In this document: positions 57,001-64,000 of the stretch, piece by piece
How the letters are laid out: every line of letters begins with the position of its first letter
How positions within the stretch are numbered: position 1 is the stretch's first letter
Source of the DNA: Auanema rhodensis
Taxonomy: Eukaryota; Animalia; Nematoda
DNA length: 64,000 bases
Direction of reading: 5' to 3'
Assembly: GCA_964057225.1 (NCBI GenBank)
Contig: OZ059894.1
Location: 3,720,001 to 3,784,000, forward strand
The notes under the pieces: model-generated
Seen by the model: the letters and a program-made list of their open reading frames with translations, nothing else
Told to the model about the DNA's origin: nothing
The model's database searches: none
Program-made: the position numbers and the translations under genes

Positions 57001-60000
57001 TGGAAACTCAACATACACTAATGCATCATTTTTCAAACGATCATAACTAATTTTTGTATTAAGCGTTTCTCAATGTAGTATAGTGCATTCGATGCGGATT
57101 TTTAAGCTGCATCGATCTGTGTTATCAGATTTGCGCTAGCTTAAAAATGCACCGAGATATCAACTGATATAAGTTCACACTTATATCCTCGATTTTCACC
57201 CTGAAGAATTAATTTTTTCGTTGAATAACAATGTCCATCGTCTTTGCCTTGAAAAAAGGAATCTAAAAACATCTACTTTTTGCTAAATTATTTTAAAATT
57301 TTTCGAAAAAATTTTTGTCAAAATGTTTTTGGAAGCAATGTTGAGTGTACATGGAAACTCAACATACACTAATGCATCATTTTTCAAACGATCATAACTA
57401 ATTTTTGTATTAAGCTTTTCTCAATGTAGTATAGTGCATTCGATGCGGATTTTTAAGCTGCATCGATCTGTGTTATCAGATTTGCGCTAGCTTAAAAATG
57501 CACCGAGATATCAACTGATATAAGTTCACACTTATATCCTCGATTTTCACCCTGAAGAATTAATTTTTTCGTTGAATAACAATGTCCATCGTCTTTGCCT
57601 TGAAAAAAGGAATCTAAAAACATCTACTTTTTGCTAAATTATTTTAAAATTTTTCGAAAAAATTTTTGTCAAAATGTTTTTGGAAGCAATGTTGAGTGTA
57701 CATGGAAACTCAACATACACTAATGCATCATTTTTCAAACGATCATAACTAATTTTTGTATTAAGCGTTTCTCAATGTAGTATAGTGCATTCGATGCGGA
57801 TTTTTAAGCTGCATCGATCTGTGTTATCAGATTTGCGCTAGCTTAAAAATGCACCGAGATATCAACTGATATAAGTTCACACTTATATCCTCGATTTTCA
57901 CCCTGAAGAATTAATTTTTTCGTTGAATAACAATGTCCATCGTCTTTGCCTTAAAAAAAGGAATCTAAAAACTTCTACTTTTTGCTAAATTATTTTGAAA
58001 TTTTTCGAAAAAATTTTTGTCAAAATGTTTTTGGAAGCAATGTTGAGTGTACATGGAAACTCAACATACACTAATGCATCATTTTTCAAACGATCATAAC
58101 TAATTTTTGTATTAAGCTTTTCTCAATGTAGTATAGTGCATTCGATGCGGATTTTTAAGCTGCATCGATCTGTGTTATCAGATTTGCGCTAGCTTAAAAA
58201 TGCACCGAGATATCAACTGATATAAGTTCACACTTATATCCTCGATTTTGACCCTGAAGAATTAATTTTTTCGTTGAATAACATCGTCCATCGTCTTTGC
58301 CTTGAAAAAAGGAATCTAAAAACATCTACTTTTTGCTAAATTATTTTGAAATTTTTCGAAAAAATTTTTGTCAAAATGTTTTTGGAAGCAATGTTGAGTG
58401 TACATGGAAACTCAACATACACTAATGCATCATTTTTCAAACGATCATAACTAATTTTTGTATTGAGCGTTTCTCAATGTAGTATAGTGCATTCGATGCG
58501 GATTTTTAAGCTGCGTCGATCTGTGTTATCAGATTTGCGCTAGCTTAAAAATGCACCGAGATATCAACTGATATAAGTTCACACTTATATCCTCGATTTT
58601 GACCCTGAAGAATTAATTTTTTCGTTGAATAACATCGTCCATCGTCTTTGCCTTGAAAAAAGAAATCTAAAAACATCTACTTTTTGCTAAATTATTTTGA
58701 AATTTTTCGAAAAAATTTTTGTCAAAATGTTTTTGGAAGCAATGTTGATTGTACATGGAAACTCAACATACACTAATGCATCATTTTTCAAACGATCATA
58801 ACTAATTTTTGTATTAAGCGTTTCTCAATGTAGTATAGTGCATTCGATGCGGATTTTTAAGCTGCGTCGGTCTGTGTTATCAGATTTGCGCTAGCTTAAA
58901 AATGCACCGAGATATCAACTGATATAAGTTCACACTTATATCCTCGATTTTCACCCTGAAGAATTAATTTTTTCGTTGAATAACAATGTCCATCGTCTTT
59001 GCTTTGAAAAAAGGAATCTAAAAACATCTACTTTTTGCTAAATTATTTTGAAATTTTTCGAAAAAATTTTTGTCAAAATGTTTTTGGAAGCAATGTTGAG
59101 TGTACATGGAAACTCAACATACACTAATGCATCATTTTTCAAACGATCATAACTAATTTTTGTATTAAGCGTTTCTCAATGTAGTATAGTGCATTCGATG
59201 CGGATTTTTAAGCTGCATCGATCTGTGTTATCAGATTTGCGCTAGCTTAAAAATGCACCGAGATATCAACTGATATATGTTCACACTTATATCCTCGATT
59301 TTCACCCTGAAGAATTAATTTTTTCGTTGAATAACAATGTCCATCGTCTTTGCCTTGAAAAAAGGAATCTAAAAACATCTACTTTTTGCTAAATTATTTT
59401 GAAATTTTTCGAAAAAATTTTTGTCAAAATGTTTTTGGAAGCAATGTTGAGTGTACATGGAAACTCAACATACACTAATGCATCATTTTTCAAACGATCA
59501 TAACTAATTTTTGTATTAAGCTTTTCTCAATGTAGTATAGTGCATTCGATGCGGATTTTTAAGCTGCATCGATCTGTGTTATCAGATTTGCGCTAGCTTA
59601 AAAATGCACCGAGATATCAACTGATATAAGTTCACACTTATATCCTCGATTTTCACCCTGAAAAATTAATTTTTTTGTTGAATAACATCGTCCATCGTCT
59701 TTGCCTTGAAAAAAGGAAACTAAAAACATCTACTTTTTGCTAAATTATTTTGAAATTTTTCGAAAAAATTTTTGTCAAAATGTTTTTGGAAGCAATGTTG
59801 AGTGTACATGGAAACTCAACATACACTAATGCATCATTTTTCAAACGATCATAACTAATTTTTGTATTGAGCGTTTCTCAATGTAGTATAGTGCATTCGA
59901 TGCGGATTTTTAAGATGCGTCGATCTGTGTTATCAGATTTGCGCTAGCTTAAAAATGCACCGAGATATCAACTGATATAAGTTCACACTTATATCCTCGA

Positions 60001-60339
60001 TTTTGACCCTGAAGAATTAATTTTTTCGTTGAATAACATCGTCCATCGTCTTTGCCTTGAAAAAAGGAATCTAAAAACATCTACTTTTTGCTAAATTATT
60101 TTGAAATTTTTCGAAAAAATTTTTGTCAAAATGTTTTTGGAAGCAATGTTGAGTGTACATGGAAACTCAACATACACTAATGCATCATTTTTCAAACGAT
60201 CATAACTAATTTTTGTATTGAGCGTTTCTCAATGTAGTATAGTGCATTCGATGCGGATTTTTAAGCTGCGTCGATCTGTGTTATCAGATTTGCGCTAGCT
60301 TAAAAATGCACCGAGATATCAACTGATATAAGTTCACAC

Positions 60340-63300
60340 TTATATCCTCGATTTTGACCCTGAAGAATTAATTTTTTCGTTGAATGACATCGTCCATCGT
60401 CTTTGCCTTGAAAAAAGAAATCTAAAAACATCTACTTTTTGCTAAATTATTTTGAAATTTTTCGAAAAAATTTTTGTCAAAATGTTTTTGGAAGCAATGT
60501 TGATTGTACATGGAAACTCAACATACACTAATGCATCATTTTTCAAACGATCATAACTAATTTTTGTATTAAGCGTTTCTCAATGTAGTATAGTGCATTC
60601 GATGCGGATTTTTAAGCTGCGTCGGTCTGTGTTATCAGATTTGCGCTAGCTTAAAAATGCACCGAGATATCAACTGATATAAGTTCACACTTATATCCTC
60701 GATTTTCACCCTGAAGAATTAATTTTTTCGTTGAATAACAATGTCCATCGTCTTTGCTTTGAAAAAAGGAATCTAAAAACATCTACTTTTTGCTAAATTA
60801 TTTTGAAATTTTTCGAAAAAATTTTTGTCAAAATGTTTTTGGAAGCAATGTTGAGTGTACATGGAAACTCAACATACACTAATGCATCATTTTTCAAACG
60901 ATCATAACTAATTTTTGTATTAAGCGTTTCTCAATGTAGTATAGTGCATTCGATGCGGATTTTTAAGCTGCATCGATCTGTGTTATCAGATTTGCGCTAG
61001 CTTAAAAATGCACCGAGATATCAACTGATATATGTTCACACTTATATCCTCGATTTTCACCCTGAAGAATTAATTTTTTCGTTGAATAACAATGTCCATC
61101 GTCTTTGCCTTGAAAAAAGGAATCTAAAAACATCTACTTTTTGCTAGATTATTTTGAAATTTTTCGAAAAAATTTTTGTCAAAATGTTTTTGGAAGCAAT
61201 GTTGAGTGTACATGGAAACTCAACATACACTAATGCATCATTTTTCAAACGATCATAACTAATTTTTGTATTAAGCGTTTCTCAATGTAGTATAGTGCAT
61301 TCAATGCGGATTTTTAAGCTGCATCGATCTGTGTTATCAGATTTGCGCTAGCTTAAAAATGCACCGAGATATCAACTGATATAAGTTCACACTTATATCC
61401 TCGATTTTCACCCTGAAGAATTAATTTTTTCGTTGAATAACAATGTCCATCGTCTTTGCCTTGAAAAAAGGAATCTAAAAACATCTACTTTTTGCTAAAT
61501 TATTTTGAAATTTTTCGAAAAAATTTTTGTCAAAATGTTTTTGGAAGCAATGTTGAGTGTACATGGAAACTCAACATACACTAATGCATCATTTTTCAAA
61601 CGATCATAACTAATTTTTGTATTAAGCGTTTCTCAATGTAGTATAGTGCATTCGATGCGGATTTTTAAGCTGCATCGATCTGTGTTATCAGATTTGCGCT
61701 AGCTTAAAAATGCACCGAGATATCAACTGATATAAGTTCACACTTATATCCTCGATTTTCACCCTGAAGAATTAATTTTTTCGTTGAATAACAATGTCCA
61801 TCGTCTTTGCCTTAAAAAAAGGAATCTAAAAACATCTACTTTTTGCTAAATTATTTTGAAATTTTTCGAAAAAATTTTTGTCAAAATGTTTTTGGAAGCA
61901 ATGTTGAGTGTACATGGAAACTCAACATACACTAATGCATCATTTTTCAAACGATCATAACTAATTTTTGTATTAAGCGTTTCTGAATGTAGTATAGTGC
62001 ATTCGATGCGGATTTTTAAGCTGCGTCGATCTGTGTTATCAGATTTGCGCTAGCTTAAAAATGCACCGAGATATCAACTGATATAAGTTCACACTTATAT
62101 CCTCGATTTTCACCCTGAAGAATTAATTTTTTCGTTGAATAACAATGTCCATCGTCTTTGCCTTGAAAAAAGGAATCTAAAAACATCTACTTTTTGCTAA
62201 ATTATTTTGAAATTTTTCGAAAAAATTTTTGTCAAAATGTTTTTGGAAGCAATGTTGAGTGTACATGGAAACTCAACATACACTAATGCATCATTTTTCA
62301 AACGATCATAACTAATTTTTGTACTAAGCGTTTCTCAATGTAGTATAGTGCATTCGATGCGGATTTTTAAGCTGCGTCGATCTATGTTATCAGATTTGCG
62401 CTAGCTTAAAAATGCACCGAGATATCAACTGATATAAGTTCACACTTATATCCTCGATTTTCACCCTGAAGAATTAATTTTTTCGTTGAATAACAATGTC
62501 CATCGTCTTCGCCTTGAAAAAAGAAATCTAAAAACATCTACTTTTTGCTAAATTATTTTGAAATTTTTCGAAAAAATTTTTGTCAAAATGTTTTTGGAAG
62601 CAATGTTGAGTGTACATGGAAACTCAACATACACTAATTCATCATTTTTCAAACGATCATAACTAATTTTTGTATTGAGCGTTTCTCAATGTAGTATAGT
62701 GCATTTGATGCGGATTTTTAAGCTGCGTCGATCTTTGTTATCAGATTTGCGCTAGCTTAAAAATGCACCGAGATATCAACTGATATAAGTTCACACTTAT
62801 ATCCTCGATTTTGACCCTGAAGAATTAATTTTTTCGTTGAATGACATCGTCCATCGTCTTTGCCTTGAAAAAAGAAATCTAAAAACATCTACTTTTTGCT
62901 AAATTATTTTGAAATTTTTCGAAAAAATTTTTGTCAAAATGTTTTTGGAAGCAATGTTGATTGTACATGGAAACTCAACATACACTAATGCATCATTTTT
63001 CAAACGATCATAACTAATTTTTGTATTAAGCGTTTCTCAATGTAGTATAGTGCATTCGATGCGGATTTTTAAGCTGCGTCGGTCTGTGTTATCAGATTTG
63101 CGCTAGCTTAAAAATGCACCGAGATATCAACTGATATAAGTTCACACTTATATCCTCGATTTTCACCCTGAAGAATTAATTTTTTCGTTGAATAACAATG
63201 TCCATCGTCTTTGCTTTGAAAAAAGGAATCTAAAAACATCTACTTTTTGCTAAATTATTTTGAAATTTTTCGAAAAAATTTTTGTCAAAATGTTTTTGGA

Positions 63301-64000
63301 AGCAATGTTGAGTGTACATGGAAACTCAACATACACTAATGCATCATTTTTCAAACGATCATAACTAATTTTTGTATTAAGCGTTTCTCAATGTAGTATA
63401 GTGCATTCGATGCGGATTTTTAAGCTGCATCGATCTGTGTTATCAGATTTGCGCTAGCTTAAAAATGCACCGAGATATCAACTGATATATGTTCACACTT
63501 ATATCCTCGATTTTCACCCTGAAGAATTAATTTTTTCGTTGAATAACAATGTCCATCGTCTTTGCCTTGAAAAAAGGAATCTAAAAACATCTACTTTTTG
63601 CTAAATTATTTTGAAATTTTTCGAAAAAATTTTTGTCAAAATGTTTTTGGAAGCAATGTTGAGTGTACATGGAAACTCAACATACACTAATGCATCATTT
63701 TTCAAACGATCATAACTAATTTTTGTATTAAGCGTTTCTCAATGTAGTATAGTGCATTCAATGCGGATTTTTAAGCTGCATCGATCTGTGTTATCAGATT
63801 TGCGCTAGCTTAAAAATGCACCGAGATATCAACTGATATAAGTTCACACTTATATCCTCGATTTTCACCCTGAAGAATTAATTTTTTCGTTGAATAACAA
63901 TGTCCATCGTCTTTGCCTTGAAAAAAGGAATCTAAAAACATCTACTTTTTGCTAAATTATTTTGAAATTTTTCGAAAAAATTTTTGTCAAAATGTTTTTG
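60340..64000. repeat. 7-monomer-offset duplication (2457 bp), truncated by window end
   Basis: GAATGAC at G60386/G62843 and TTCAATGC at A61303/A63760. Confidence 0.82.

Larger units (their letters stand above)
1..64000. repeat. Tandem satellite DNA array, 351-bp monomer, 182.3 copies, head-to-tail
   Basis: GTTGAATAAC recurs at 9, 360 and 711 (period 351). The last monomer starts at 63881 = 1 + 182x351 - 2. No non-repeat sequence or inversion was seen. About 110/351 bases are G+C. Confidence 0.99.

Noticed and set aside
1-64000. CRISPR array or integron-like cassette array
   Set aside because: There are no unique spacers or cassettes: the entire 351 bp repeats. No cas or integrase gene is present.
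1-64000. Tandem RNA-gene cluster (5S rRNA, tRNA, snRNA, spliced leader) or repetitive protein gene
   Set aside because: I recognised no 5S, tRNA or SL sequence or Pol III boxes. An AATTTTTG Sm-like string is expected by chance in this AT-rich DNA. Although 351 is divisible by 3, the ORF track shows no long frame. An Rfam/Infernal scan would be the definitive test.

Overview
The whole 64-kb window is one uninterrupted head-to-tail tandem array of a 351-bp, AT-rich (~31% GC by hand count) satellite monomer. It contains 182 full copies plus 120 bp, all in the same orientation, and both array ends lie outside the window. I found no genes, RNA genes, CRISPR spacers or inserted elements. The single 68-aa ORF exists only because one private SNP removes a stop codon. 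Monomers differ at a few sites each, and length is almost invariant (net -2 bp over 64 kb, from one 1-bp deletion that was later duplicated). Diagnostic SNPs show local tandem block duplications of 2, 3, 4, 5, 6, 8, 10 and 12 monomers, some nested and orderable in time. They also show a 7-monomer-offset repeat, spatial variant domains, a more divergent subfamily at ~25-32 kb, and long-range patches. The monomer is packed with dyad symmetry: a ~120-bp three-box nested palindrome, two overlapping mutually exclusive hairpins, and two perfect 9-bp inverted repeats. The best interpretation (inference) is eukaryotic, probably invertebrate, (peri)centromeric or heterochromatic satellite DNA, possibly derived from a palindromic mobile element. 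The organism and family cannot be identified from the sequence alone.
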